Positions 10,041-20,594 of a DNA stretch of 64,000 nt are shown in pieces. The position numbers were made by a program, and so were the translations under genes. Under the pieces are notes generated by a model. The model saw only the letters and a program-made list of their open reading frames with translations. It searched no databases and was not told where the DNA came from. How positions within the stretch are numbered: the stretch's first letter is position 1; each line of letters opens with the position of its first letter. Source of the stretch: an uncultured SAR116 cluster alpha proteobacterium (GTDB lineage Bacteria; Pseudomonadota; Alphaproteobacteria; Puniceispirillales; Marisalimonadaceae); the NCBI GenBank assembly GCA_902517815.1, contig CABYED010000003.1:70048-134047 (forward strand), in the 5' to 3' direction.

Positions 10041-11138
10041 ATGAAAATAAATATTTTATTACCTTATAAAGAAAAGTTTGATGAAAATAAAGCTTCTTCG
10101 GTTTCAATAACTGTAAGGAATAACCTATGTCATTCTAAATATGTGAATCAAATAAGAGTTTTTGGTCAAAATGTAGATAATCCTCTTTTTAAAGATAATT
10201 TTATAGGATTAAAACATTCCATTTTATCATTTCAGAGTAAGAATAGATTTTTAGCATCTAAAATGATTGAAATTATCTCTAAAGACACAGATAATAAACA
10301 ATTGATTGAAATTCATAATAGACCTTATCTTCTTGATAAAATTGCAAAGGGACATAAATTTCCTATTAGCTTGTTTTTTCATAATGATCCTCAAACTATG
10401 AAAGGATCAAGGTCCATAAAAGATAGAAAAAAAATTTTAGAAAAGTGTGCTGCTATATTTTGTGTAAGTGAATTTATAAAATCAAAATTTTTGGAAGCAA
10501 TTGAAATGAATGTCAATAATGTTCACGTCTTGTATAATGGTGTGGAAAGAAAAATTAAAAAATTTCCTGAGAAGAAAAAAGAGGTTTTATTTGTTGGCCG
10601 ATTGGTTCAAGAAAAAGGTGTACACCATTATGTTGAGGCTATTAAATTATTAGTAAATAAATATCCTGAATGGACTTTCAGGCTTATAGGTTCTTATAGA
10701 TTAGGAGATAAAGAAAATAAAAATTTATTTGCAGATAAAATTATAAAAAAATTTAGATCTATTGGCCCTCAAGCTAAGTTTCATGGATTTAAAGAGCAAA
10801 AATTTGTAGAAGAAAAAATGAAAAACGCATCTATTATAGCTATACCTTCTGTATGGGAGGAGCCATTTGGTCTTGTGGCCGCTGAGGCAATGAGTAACGG
10901 AGCCTGTATTATTGCATCAAAAGTTGGAGGTATTCCAGAGATCATAAAAGATAATGGGATATTAATTGAAAAAATAGATTATAAAAAATTATCATTAAAG
11001 ATAGATTGCTTGATCCAAGACGATAAATTGAGGAGAAGTTATCAAATCAAAGCCTGGGAAAATTTTGAACTAAGTTCTAATATTTCAAGCCAAAAGTTAG
11101 ATGAATTTAGAAAAATTATTTTTTCCAACTTTAATTAG
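10041..11138 (+). CDS. GT4 family glycosyltransferase
   Basis: FVGRLVQEKG and PSVWEEPFGLVAAEAM (ExxxxxxxE) motifs. Confidence 0.9.
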   Translation: MKINILLPYKEKFDENKASSVSITVRNNLCHSKYVNQIRVFGQNVDNPLFKDNFIGLKHSILSFQSKNRFLASKMIEIISKDTDNKQLIEIHNRPYLLDKIAKGHKFPISLFFHNDPQTMKGSRSIKDRKKILEKCAAIFCVSEFIKSKFLEAIEMNVNNVHVLYNGVERKIKKFPEKKKEVLFVGRLVQEKGVHHYVEAIKLLVNKYPEWTFRLIGSYRLGDKENKNLFADKIIKKFRSIGPQAKFHGFKEQKFVEEKMKNASIIAIPSVWEEPFGLVAAEAMSNGACIIASKVGGIPEIIKDNGILIEKIDYKKLSLKIDCLIQDDKLRRSYQIKAWENFELSSNISSQKLDEFRKIIFSNFN

Positions 11139-12417
11139 CACTTCTCCATCCTTGATATTGGGATATTGCAAATCCTATAGCAAACCAAGAAAAGAGATTA
11201 CCCCATTGTCCAAAAAAACTCCCAAATTGTTGTATTGGAAAAAATATTGCTAATGGGACAACGAAAGCTGTAGCGGCCATTGGACAATCAAAAAAATCTT
11301 TTCTTGCACGGTAACATGAAAATATTATTGAGCCAAACATGACACAGCCAATAATTAGACCAATAATTCCTGTTTCAGCAAAAAGTTGAATATAAAAATT
11401 GTGCGGATGGTTTCCACAATAATTTTTACCTGGTAACCATGACGGTAGTTTAGTATCTAAATTTTTACACGTTTTTCTTGTTCCTGAAGGACCAATGCCC
11501 TTAATAGGAGTTATAAGTGCTTGTTGTATTCCTCCCCTCCATGCTCCCCAATGAGGATTGTTTTCAGAAGTATTTACAAGAGGTATATGATCAACAAAAT
11601 GTTTGACAAAACGATTTCCTAAATCAGGACGTGCAAACAAAAGTGTCATTACTGCAAGTATTTCAATTAATATTAACCATCCTAATAATATAAATTTTGG
11701 TTTCCATACCAAACTAGCTAATATTCCTCCACAAGCTCTGATAAGAAAGTTAGTCCTTTCTCCTGTAAGAACAGAAACGCTTATTGATAACATTCCTATT
11801 ATTCCTGAAAATAAACCTGCTTTGTTTTTTTTGCTCACCGCAATTGCAACTAAAACACAAAATAATGGAAGCGACACCCTAGAAATATAGCCACCAGGAA
11901 CTAAATCACCGTATGGCCATGTTAATCGTAATTTTGGTTCAATAAGAGTTTCTGCAATTAATATACAGCTCATAATTATTAAACCGATTAGCATAGATAA
12001 TAACATTACTATCCTAATATCTCTATCTTTAGCGAGCCATGCCTGAGCAGCTACAGCATATAGAGGAAATCTAATCCAAACAAATCCTTGTTGAAAAGAA
12101 AATATTGGGTCTTGGCTTGTAATTGCAGAAAATAACCCAAATAACCATAAACATAAAGCACTTTTAAACCAAAGTTGAGAAGCCCAGTCCCATTCTTTTT
12201 TCACAAAACATCTAAATAAAAAAGCAACACATATTAATGAGATCCATAAGTCAGCAGGATCTCTTTCTATTAAGTAAATAAAAGGACCCATTAGCCAAAA
12301 AAATGTGAAGAATTTATCTAGGTTGCTTAGTGAATTGATCTTTATCCAGCCATTTCTTATACTTTTGGATAAATTAAGCTCTGGAATAGAAATGTGATTT
12401 AATAACATTAGAACCAA
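11131..12417 (-). CDS. O-antigen ligase (WaaL/Wzy_C) family protein
   Basis: Multi-TM protein with TGERT, GIGPSG and HPHNFYIQLFAETGIIG motifs. Confidence 0.8.
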   Translation of the reverse strand: MVLMLLNHISIPELNLSKSIRNGWIKINSLSNLDKFFTFFWLMGPFIYLIERDPADLWISLICVAFLFRCFVKKEWDWASQLWFKSALCLWLFGLFSAITSQDPIFSFQQGFVWIRFPLYAVAAQAWLAKDRDIRIVMLLSMLIGLIIMSCILIAETLIEPKLRLTWPYGDLVPGGYISRVSLPLFCVLVAIAVSKKNKAGLFSGIIGMLSISVSVLTGERTNFLIRACGGILASLVWKPKFILLGWLILIEILAVMTLLFARPDLGNRFVKHFVDHIPLVNTSENNPHWGAWRGGIQQALITPIKGIGPSGTRKTCKNLDTKLPSWLPGKNYCGNHPHNFYIQLFAETGIIGLIIGCVMFGSIIFSCYRARKDFFDCPMAATAFVVPLAIFFPIQQFGSFFGQWGNLFSWFAIGFAISQYQGWRSAN

Positions 12418-12588
12418 ACATAAGAATTATCAATAATACTTGTTAATATACGGTTTATACTTAAAAACAAGAATTAATTTATTAACGGTGTATCATAGAT
12501 TTCTAAAGGTTAATTAATTTTGATACTTTCAAGCTTTACTGGGAATTATTTAAACATTAAAATTTTTTACACAATAGATTATTTATTA

Positions 12589-13956
12589 TCAACCAATTTG
12601 TATCTTGTTTTTTATAAACCATAGACAAATCAGAGATGGAATTACCATTATAGTTGTTAATAAAAAAAAAGTTCCCCAATCCCCATTTAACCAATCTACA
12701 AGAGTTCCCGAAGATGAAGCAAGAGTAGTTCGACCAGCAGTTCCTAATGACGCAAGTAATGCATATTGTGTAGCTGTATAAGTCCTATCAACTAGTAATG
12801 ATATAAATGCAACGAATGCTACAGTTGCAAATGCCGCTGTGATGTCATCAGCAATAACAGCTATTGCAAATAATAATTCTGATTTCTCAGTCCATGCTAA
12901 AACTGCAAATAGTAGGTTTGTTATAGCCATTAATCCCCCAGCAAAGAACATTGTTTTTATTGTCCCTGCTCTCATTGCCATTATCCCACCTAATAATGTA
13001 AACACAACAGTTGTAATCCAACCAAGCCCCTTTGAATAAATAGCAATCTCTCCTTTAAAAAATCCTATTTCTTTATAAAAAATAATAGACATTCTACCAA
13101 GAAAAGCTTCGCCAATTTTAAATAAGAAAACGAAACCTAGTATTCCAATAGCAATAGCAAAACCATTTTTTTTAAAAAAGCTTATTAAAGGGCCAAATAT
13201 AGTTCCTGAAATATAAGCAAAAATATTTGTAAAATAATTGTTGTATCCAAGTTTATCTATTATCATTTTGTCGGTTTCTCTTTGTTTATTTTGTCTATCA
13301 GTTTTTTTTGGCTCGTTAACAAATATCAAACAAAAATTCATTAGAATTATAATAACTCCTAAAACTAAAAAAGTTAATTGCCAGTAGTTTATAATACCAA
13401 GATTTTCAAAATATTCTGCTGTAAATAAAGCAACTACACCTCCTAATTTATAGCCTGTCCACCAACCAACTACTGCCATTGCAGCCCCAGCTGCCATCGT
13501 TTTCCCCTCATTTTCGTTTATTTGTTCAATTCTTAGAGCATCAATAGTGATATCTTGTGTTGCTGAAGCTATAGCAATTATTAATCCAATAGAAATTAAT
13601 AGAGCCAAGTTTTGAGAAGGATTTATAAAACTCCAAATTATTAAGCTTAATACAATTGTAACTTGCATCAAAATAATCCATGCTCTTCTATGACCTAGTT
13701 TTTTTGTTATTAATGGTATTTGAAATCTATCAATTAATGGAGCCCATAAATAATTAAACGCGTAAACACCAAAAATTAAACCTGCCCAACCAATAGTTGA
13801 TCTACTTAATCCTTCTTCCTTTAACCAAAGGCTGAGACTACTCGCAATAAGTACCCACGGAAAACCACTAATAGCACCAAGAAGTAAAATTTTTAGCATT
13901 CTTAAGTCTTTATAGACTAGAACAGATTGAAGCCAATTTTGTGTTTGATTTGTCAT
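12589..13956 (-). CDS. ampG: AmpG muropeptide MFS permease
   Basis: LLGAISGFP, YLWAPLIDR, ASATQDITIDALRIE, YTATQYALL motifs; about 12 TM. Confidence 0.9.
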   Translation of the reverse strand: MTNQTQNWLQSVLVYKDLRMLKILLLGAISGFPWVLIASSLSLWLKEEGLSRSTIGWAGLIFGVYAFNYLWAPLIDRFQIPLITKKLGHRRAWIILMQVTIVLSLIIWSFINPSQNLALLISIGLIIAIASATQDITIDALRIEQINENEGKTMAAGAAMAVVGWWTGYKLGGVVALFTAEYFENLGIINYWQLTFLVLGVIIILMNFCLIFVNEPKKTDRQNKQRETDKMIIDKLGYNNYFTNIFAYISGTIFGPLISFFKKNGFAIAIGILGFVFLFKIGEAFLGRMSIIFYKEIGFFKGEIAIYSKGLGWITTVVFTLLGGIMAMRAGTIKTMFFAGGLMAITNLLFAVLAWTEKSELLFAIAVIADDITAAFATVAFVAFISLLVDRTYTATQYALLASLGTAGRTTLASSSGTLVDWLNGDWGTFFLLTTIMVIPSLICLWFIKNKIQIG

Positions 13957-14048
13957 AAGATAACAACTTGAGAAGATTAATCATTAAATTACACTAAATT
14001 GCTACAAAAATATATGTTTTTGTTTAATTAAAGTATCTATAATAAGTT

Positions 14049-14585
14049 ATGCAGAAAAATTGGTTAGTTATAAATCTAAATAAAAAATCTTTTCTAAAAG
14101 TTGGTAATAAAATTTTTGAATGTCAAATAGGAGAAGGAGGTTTAAAAACAGCAAGAAAGAAAATTGAGGGAGATAAAACAACACCTATTGGGAAATGGCA
14201 TTTAGAAACAATTTTTTACAGATCTGATAAAATATTGAGACCAAAACTTAAGAAAAAAAATATTTTAAAAATAAATAGAATTACAAAAAATTGTGGTTGG
14301 TGTGACGATATTAGGAGTAAAAAATATAATCGCTACATAAAAATTAATAATTTTCAATCGCTAAACTTAAATTATGAAAAGTTATGGAGAGAAGATGAGG
14401 CATATGACATTATAATTGTTACTTCACACAATGTTAAACCAACAATTAAAAATAAAGGTAGCGCAATATTTATTCATTGTAGTTCCTCAAACAATAAAAA
14501 AACTGCTGGTTGTATTGCATTGAAAAAAAATGATATATCTTTTCTCCTCAAAAACCTTTGTCACAAAACATATATAAAAATTTAA
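14049..14585 (+). CDS. YkuD/L,D-transpeptidase catalytic-domain protein, no signal peptide
   Basis: EGDKTTPIG, WCDD, GSAIFIH...TAGCIAL (His/Cys catalytic motif). Confidence 0.8.
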   Translation: MQKNWLVINLNKKSFLKVGNKIFECQIGEGGLKTARKKIEGDKTTPIGKWHLETIFYRSDKILRPKLKKKNILKINRITKNCGWCDDIRSKKYNRYIKINNFQSLNLNYEKLWREDEAYDIIIVTSHNVKPTIKNKGSAIFIHCSSSNNKKTAGCIALKKNDISFLLKNLCHKTYIKI

Positions 14586-14669
14586 AATTCATAGAAAAAA
14601 ATATAAAACTTTACAGATTAAATTAATCGAATTAAGAATAGTGTTTTTAAATAAAGTAAAGGTTTATAA

Positions 14670-16676
14670 ATGCCATATTCATTAATATCAGTTGTTCTTG
14701 GTCTTCTAGGTCTGTTATCAGCTTATTTAGTCTATCTGAAGGTAAAGTCTTCCTCTGAGGGTGAAGGACGAGTTAAAGAAATTGGAGATGAAATCCACCT
14801 TGGTGCTATGGTTTTTATGTCTGCGGAATATAAACGATTAGCTATTTTTTGTTTAGTATGCATAGTTGCATTATATCTTTCTCTTGGTTGGCAAACTTCT
14901 ATTTCATTTTTACTTGGTGCTTTGTGTTCAGGCACAGCTGGTTTTATTGGAATGTATTCAGCAACAAAAGCAAATGTAAGAACGGCGGTTGCTGCTAAAG
15001 AAAAAGGTGCTTCTGAAGCCCTAAACATAGCTTTTTTTGGTGGGTCAATTATGGGACTAACAGTTGCTGCAATGGGATTGTTGGGTGTCGGAATTTTATT
15101 TTATTATTTTGCAGGTGATATCAAAACAATACACGCGATTGAAGGCTTTGCAATGGGAGCTTCATCTGTTGCATTATTTTCAAGAGTAGGTGGTGGAATA
15201 TTTACTAAGAGTGCAGATGTTGGTGCTGACCTAGTAGGTAAGGTAGAAGCAGGTATTCCAGAGGATGATCCAAGAAATCCTGGCGTTATTGCCGATAACG
15301 TGGGAGACAATGTTGGTGATGTTGCTGGAATGGGTTCAGATATTTTTGAATCATATTGTGGATCTATGATTGCTTGTATAGCCTTGGCTGCTTCAATGAC
15401 TAGCGCTACTATTAATTCATTAGGAGGGAACCAATATCTACTTCAATTTATGCCTTTAGCTTTGGCCTCTTTAGGTATTATATGCTCTTTATTAGGAATA
15501 TTAACTGTTAAAGTTTTTTCCTCAAAAAGTGCAGAAACAGCTCTAAGATATGGAACGATAGGATCAGCTGTACTTTTTGTATTATTATCATACTTTATGA
15601 TTGATTTAATGAATGTTGCTGTTGGTGTTTGGATAGCTGTGCTTGTTGGGTCAATTGGAGGTATAGTAGTTGGATTAATTACTGAATATTATACTGGTGG
15701 AAGCCCTGTAGAAAAAATAGCTAAAGATGGAGAAACTGGTTCTGCTACTATTTTAATATCGGGTTTGGCAACGGGCATGCAATCAGTTGCAATACCAGTT
15801 TTAACAATTGTATCTATAATTTTTATATCAAATATTTATGCAGGGCTCTATGGAGTTGGTATAGCTGCAGTTGGAATGCTAAGTACCGTTGGTATCACTA
15901 TGGCAATAGATGCTTATGGACCAGTTGCTGACAATGCTGGAGGCATAGCTGAAATGTCTGAGATGGGAAAAGAAACCAGAGAAATTACAGATTCACTAGA
16001 CGAAGTTGGAAACACTACTGCAGCTATTGGTAAGGGTTTTGCAATAAGTGCTGCTGCTTTAGCTGCATTGGCCCTTATTAGCGCATATATAGAAAAAATA
16101 TCAATTTCAGATGAGAATTTTGTATTAGCTATTAATGATCCATTAGTTTTATGTGGTATGTTTCTAGGAGGTATTTTCCCATTTTTAGTTAGTTCTATTA
16201 CAATGACTGCAGTTGGTGACGCTGCTTTTGATATGATTAAAGAAATAAGACGGCAATTCAAGGAAATACCAGGTCTATTGGAGGGCAAAGCTAAACCAGA
16301 TACTGCGAGATGTGTAGATATCGCAACTAGAGCTGCTTTAAGAAAAATGATAGCACCAGGAGCTTTAGCTGTTTTGTCACCAGTAATTATTGGATTTCTA
16401 CTTGGTCCAAAAGCTCTTGGAGGAATGTTAGGTGGTGCACTTATATGTTGTGTTATGATGGCCTTGATGATGTCAAATGCAGGTGGGGCTTGGGACAATG
16501 CTAAAAAGTTTGTAGAAAAAGGAAACTTTGGTGGTAAAGGTTCAGAGGTTCATAAAGCAGCTGTAGTTGGTGATACTGTTGGAGACCCTTTAAAGGATAC
16601 ATCTGGTCCTTCAATGAACATCTTAATAAACGTAATGGCAATTGTGAGCTTAGTTATTGCACCACTATTGATTTAA
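14670..16676 (+). CDS. hppA: Membrane-bound pyrophosphatase, K+-dependent, probably Na+-translocating
   Basis: DVGADLVGKVEAGIPEDDPRN, DNVGDNVGD, GNTTAA, GDTVGDPLKD motifs. Confidence 0.95.
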   Translation: MPYSLISVVLGLLGLLSAYLVYLKVKSSSEGEGRVKEIGDEIHLGAMVFMSAEYKRLAIFCLVCIVALYLSLGWQTSISFLLGALCSGTAGFIGMYSATKANVRTAVAAKEKGASEALNIAFFGGSIMGLTVAAMGLLGVGILFYYFAGDIKTIHAIEGFAMGASSVALFSRVGGGIFTKSADVGADLVGKVEAGIPEDDPRNPGVIADNVGDNVGDVAGMGSDIFESYCGSMIACIALAASMTSATINSLGGNQYLLQFMPLALASLGIICSLLGILTVKVFSSKSAETALRYGTIGSAVLFVLLSYFMIDLMNVAVGVWIAVLVGSIGGIVVGLITEYYTGGSPVEKIAKDGETGSATILISGLATGMQSVAIPVLTIVSIIFISNIYAGLYGVGIAAVGMLSTVGITMAIDAYGPVADNAGGIAEMSEMGKETREITDSLDEVGNTTAAIGKGFAISAAALAALALISAYIEKISISDENFVLAINDPLVLCGMFLGGIFPFLVSSITMTAVGDAAFDMIKEIRRQFKEIPGLLEGKAKPDTARCVDIATRAALRKMIAPGALAVLSPVIIGFLLGPKALGGMLGGALICCVMMALMMSNAGGAWDNAKKFVEKGNFGGKGSEVHKAAVVGDTVGDPLKDTSGPSMNILINVMAIVSLVIAPLLI

Positions 16677-16704
16677 TAATTTGTAAATAAATTAATTTAT
16701 TAAT

Positions 16705-16985
16705 GGCTTTATTTACTATATCAATTAATTGATGATTTATTATTCATAAGATCAAATAAAGTTTACATAAAATCGTAGATTGATCGCTTCCAACTACCAT
16801 AAAAGCAAATGTACCATTTTCTCTTCAACAACACCCTTTTAAAACGGGTGCATCAAGCGATAAAATATTATGTAAAATAAATTTTTATTAAGAGATTTAG
16901 CTTAACAACATCATAGCTAACAACTTCATAATTATATTTCAATATAAATATCGATATGGCAGTATAAGATTATTAAAACTAACAC
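16705..16985 (-). pseudogene. mmsB: Decayed, internally deleted copy of mmsB
   Basis: 16788-16870 aligns to intact mmsB 21708-21790 (reverse strand reads ILSLDAPV...GTFAFMV vs ILSLDAPVSGG...TLTFMVGG). 16905-16935 matches YEVIGYDI and about 16705-16735 matches the mmsB 3' end. Frameshifts and stops present; boundaries approximate. Confidence 0.8.
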
Positions 16986-16995
16986 TTAGACAATT

Positions 16996-18090
16996 TTAAA
17001 TACTTTCAAAATATTTTTTTATAACTTCACTAATTGAAAAAATGTCTTCTTCTTTCAAATCTGGGTAACTTGGTAAATTAAGGCCTTTGGCAGCCAATGA
17101 CTCAGCAATTGGAAATGTTTCATTTGATTTAAATGTACCCATTGTGTGCATAGGAGTAAAGAGTGGTCTTGTTTCTACCCCGCGAGCTTTTAAATATTCT
17201 CTGATATTATCTCTATCTTTTTCATTTTTCATTAAAATAGAAACCATCCAAAAACTATTTACACAATCCTTTTCACTTTTTTGAAAAGTTATATCAAAAT
17301 CCTTTAGAAATTTTTGATACCACATAGATATCTTTTGTTTTTTTTGTAATATTATATCTGCCTTTTCTAGTTGAGCTAATCCGATGGCAGAGCATATATT
17401 AGTCATTCGGTAGTTGAAACCAAGTTCATCATGCCAATATTCTTTTTCTTTAGACACAGCTTGACTTTTTAAATAGGCTACACGGTTTACCAATTCTTTA
17501 TTACTTGAAGAAACCATTCCTCCTTCACCGGTTGTAATAGTTTTGTTACCAAAGAAACTAAATGTTGAGATATTTCCAAAATTACCCATATATACACCCT
17601 TATATTTACTCCCAAAACTCTCTGCAGAATCTTCAATTAATAATAGTTTATACTTCTCACAAATTTCCATAATTTTATCCATTGAACATGGATTTCCATA
17701 TAAATGTACAACTAATATTGCTTTAGTATTTTTAGTTATTTTAGAGATTATTTTTTCTGGATTTATATTCCAAGTATCTCTATCAGAATCAACAAAAACA
17801 GGCTTTGCACCTACATATGCCACTGAGTTAGCTGTTGCCACATAAGTTAGCGTTGGTAATATAACTTCATCATTAGGACCTATACCAAGAGTATGCAAAG
17901 CCAAATGAAGAGCAACAGTTCCATTGCTAACTGTTGTAGAGTGTTTGATACCTAAGTAATTTGAGAAACTTTCTTCGAACTTTGAAATAAACTTTCCTCT
18001 AGAAGATATCCAATTACTTTTAATACATTCATTTACATATTTTTCTTCTAAGTCACATAAAAAAGGTTTGTAAACAGGTATATTTAACAT
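16996..18090 (-). CDS. per: DegT/DnrJ aminotransferase, GDP-perosamine synthase-like
   Basis: IPVYKP, WISSRGKFI, NGTVALHLAL, IEDSAES, FSFFGNKTITTGEGG, GFNYRMTN, GLNLPS. Confidence 0.85.
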   Translation of the reverse strand: MLNIPVYKPFLCDLEEKYVNECIKSNWISSRGKFISKFEESFSNYLGIKHSTTVSNGTVALHLALHTLGIGPNDEVILPTLTYVATANSVAYVGAKPVFVDSDRDTWNINPEKIISKITKNTKAILVVHLYGNPCSMDKIMEICEKYKLLLIEDSAESFGSKYKGVYMGNFGNISTFSFFGNKTITTGEGGMVSSSNKELVNRVAYLKSQAVSKEKEYWHDELGFNYRMTNICSAIGLAQLEKADIILQKKQKISMWYQKFLKDFDITFQKSEKDCVNSFWMVSILMKNEKDRDNIREYLKARGVETRPLFTPMHTMGTFKSNETFPIAESLAAKGLNLPSYPDLKEEDIFSISEVIKKYFESI

Positions 18091-18226
18091 AAAAATAATT
18101 CTTTCTTAAAATAGGAAAATAAACTTTCTAATTTACCTGTTTTAAGTAACATATTTCAAAAGCTAAAAACAAGATTCTTTTAAAAGAAAAATGAATTGAA
18201 ATTATAAAAAATTTTTATGAAAGTAA

Positions 18227-19462
18227 TTAAATACTTTTTAATTTTTTTATTTCTAAATCTGAGATAATTATTAAAAATTCTTGCAATTTAATAAGCTCTG
18301 ATTTTTTTAATGTCCAATGGCACGGGATATTTATTATTGAATTAGATATTTTCAAAGAATTGATATGTGAATGTATTCTAGAGTTTGAAAGTTCCCACTT
18401 TGGAGGAACTTCAGAAAACCATCTACCAGTTTCAATACCAATTTCAGCACCTTTAATTATTATTTTATCTATTAGTTTTTTATCAACTATGATTGGTAAT
18501 CTTGGTGTAACAATGAATTCATTTGAATTTTCAATAATTGGACAGTTCAAATTAAGTTTAATCGCTTTGTCGAGTAGAAATTTGTAATTATGTCTTGAAA
18601 TTTTATAAAAATTTGTAAAATTGGGATAGATATAGTTAAATAGTTTAATACTTATTGGACCCATTCTTTCTTTAATATTTTTAGGAGGCAGAATATAAGT
18701 AGAAGAAGTCCTAAAAATCTTTGTTCCGTATAAAAAATACCATAACAAAATCCCAAAACTTGGTTGAAAGTTAGTTAAAAAAACACTTAACCATAATTGA
18801 ATAAATCTTCTACAATCTGCAAATACTGAAATTTTTCTTAATGAAAAGTACCTTGAAATCATTTTGTCTTTATAAAGTTTATTATTAATCTTAACTAATC
18901 CTCCCCATCCTATTGTTATTGTTTTTGAAACTTCAAGCGAAAAAAAAGATATGTCACCAAATGATCCTAAATTTATATCATTGATTTTACTACCAATAGA
19001 GAGAGCACAATCCTCAATTAAAAATATTTTTTTAGCTTTTATTTTGTCTATTGTTTGTTTTTTTAATCCAAGACGACCAAATGTATTTTGAAATATAATT
19101 GCCTTTGTTTTAGCATTGATAGCATTCAGCACTTCTCTATCGTTCATTGTTAAATCGTCATTTATATCAACGTAGACAATTTTTGCACCTGTTCTTTTTA
19201 CGGCAAATGTAACTGCATCACATGTGAAAGAAGAAATAATGACTTCATCTTTTGTACCAACATCATTCGCAATCAAGCAATTGTAAAGTGCTGAACGTGC
19301 AGATTCATATTTAAGTAGCTGTTCTTTTTGGTTGGATAATTGTGATTTGGATTTGTAAAAAACTTTGCTTAAAAAACTATTGAGTAATTTTTGGTTCATT
19401 CCTCTCCATAATAGGCCTGTTCCTTTTCCAAATTTAGATGGTGTTGATTTAAAAAAATTCAT
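18227..19462 (-). CDS. Divergent DegT/DnrJ-family PLP enzyme
   Basis: SARSAL, DEVIISSFTCDAV, IEDCAL, FFSLEVSKTITIGWGG (Lys retained), INIPCH. Confidence 0.7.
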   Translation of the reverse strand: MNFFKSTPSKFGKGTGLLWRGMNQKLLNSFLSKVFYKSKSQLSNQKEQLLKYESARSALYNCLIANDVGTKDEVIISSFTCDAVTFAVKRTGAKIVYVDINDDLTMNDREVLNAINAKTKAIIFQNTFGRLGLKKQTIDKIKAKKIFLIEDCALSIGSKINDINLGSFGDISFFSLEVSKTITIGWGGLVKINNKLYKDKMISRYFSLRKISVFADCRRFIQLWLSVFLTNFQPSFGILLWYFLYGTKIFRTSSTYILPPKNIKERMGPISIKLFNYIYPNFTNFYKISRHNYKFLLDKAIKLNLNCPIIENSNEFIVTPRLPIIVDKKLIDKIIIKGAEIGIETGRWFSEVPPKWELSNSRIHSHINSLKISNSIINIPCHWTLKKSELIKLQEFLIIISDLEIKKLKSI

Positions 19463-19535
19463 TTAATACCATTTTTTTATAAAGATACTTTTAATATTTA
19501 GATTAGATTAATGTCAAATTTTGGAGTTCATATTT

Positions 19536-20594
19536 TTAAGTTAATATAGAATTTTCACGTAATATTTTTTTTAAGTTTTTTAATCTAATTTTGTAAGTAA
19601 ATTCTTTTTCAACACGTTCCAAGACAGATTTTGAATATTTATTTCTTTGAGAATTTTTTAATGAAACAAAATTTAAAAGAAGTTTACCAATTGTTTTACC
19701 TCTCATATCCATAGCTATATAACCAGTATTACCAACCACTTCAGGTTGAGAAGTATATCTCGATACCAATGCTGGAACCCCTAAAGCCATAGCTTCAAGT
19801 ACCGCGTTTCCAAAACCTTCACACCATGAAGGTTGAATATATAAGTCACTTTTTAAATAAAACTTTATTTTTTCAGATTGAGGAACATCTATATAAACTT
19901 TAACTTTATCTTCTAATTTAAGCTCTTTAATTCTTTTCTTTAAACTTAATACTCCATCTCCATCTTTACCTATTATTGACCACTCAAAATTTTTTTGTGT
20001 TTTTTTATTCAAGTAAAAAATACCATCTAAACTTTCATAGATACCCTTCCTAATATGTTGTTTATTTGTATGCCACAATGTAGTTAAAAAATGAATTTTA
20101 TTTTCATCATTAGAATTTCTTTTTCTTTCTAAAAGGATTTTTTTTATATCCAAAAGATCACTTTTTTTAAGTGAAGAGCGAAGAGTGACTGGATTTTTAA
20201 CTTTAAAATGGGTTGTCACCTGATTGTATTGGTCAAAAGAAATAAATAAATTACAATCGGCAAAAGCCATTGCAAACCTAATCATAAATTTATAAATCCA
20301 GTTTAATTTAAAAAAAGTAGTAACTCCAGATAAATCAAACACATGAATTGCTCCAATTGTAAAAACTTTTTTTTGAAATAACTTTCCTAAAATTAACGCA
20401 GGTATTGATCTACCCCACCACCAACAATAAATAAGATGAGATCCTCTAATATTTTTTAATAAATCCCAAAATGTATTGCAGACTATTACCTCAGTAAAAA
20501 GATCTTTTAACATATCAAGTTCTACTTGATAATATTCCCAATCAGAAATAAATTTTTTATCTACTGGAAGATAATAAATTACTTTTTTCTTCAT
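19536..20594 (-). CDS. GT4 family glycosyltransferase
   Basis: PSWCEGFGNAVLEAMALG motif. Confidence 0.85.
   Translation of the reverse strand: MKKKVIYYLPVDKKFISDWEYYQVELDMLKDLFTEVIVCNTFWDLLKNIRGSHLIYCWWWGRSIPALILGKLFQKKVFTIGAIHVFDLSGVTTFFKLNWIYKFMIRFAMAFADCNLFISFDQYNQVTTHFKVKNPVTLRSSLKKSDLLDIKKILLERKRNSNDENKIHFLTTLWHTNKQHIRKGIYESLDGIFYLNKKTQKNFEWSIIGKDGDGVLSLKKRIKELKLEDKVKVYIDVPQSEKIKFYLKSDLYIQPSWCEGFGNAVLEAMALGVPALVSRYTSQPEVVGNTGYIAMDMRGKTIGKLLLNFVSLKNSQRNKYSKSVLERVEKEFTYKIRLKNLKKILRENSILT

Noticed and set aside
15914-16498. 194 aa antisense ORF inside hppA, and the many other 60-120 aa ORFs overlapping larger genes (e.g. 591..956, 37373..37729, 51358..51633)
   Set aside because: Shadow or alternate-frame ORFs overlapping well-supported genes, with no motifs.
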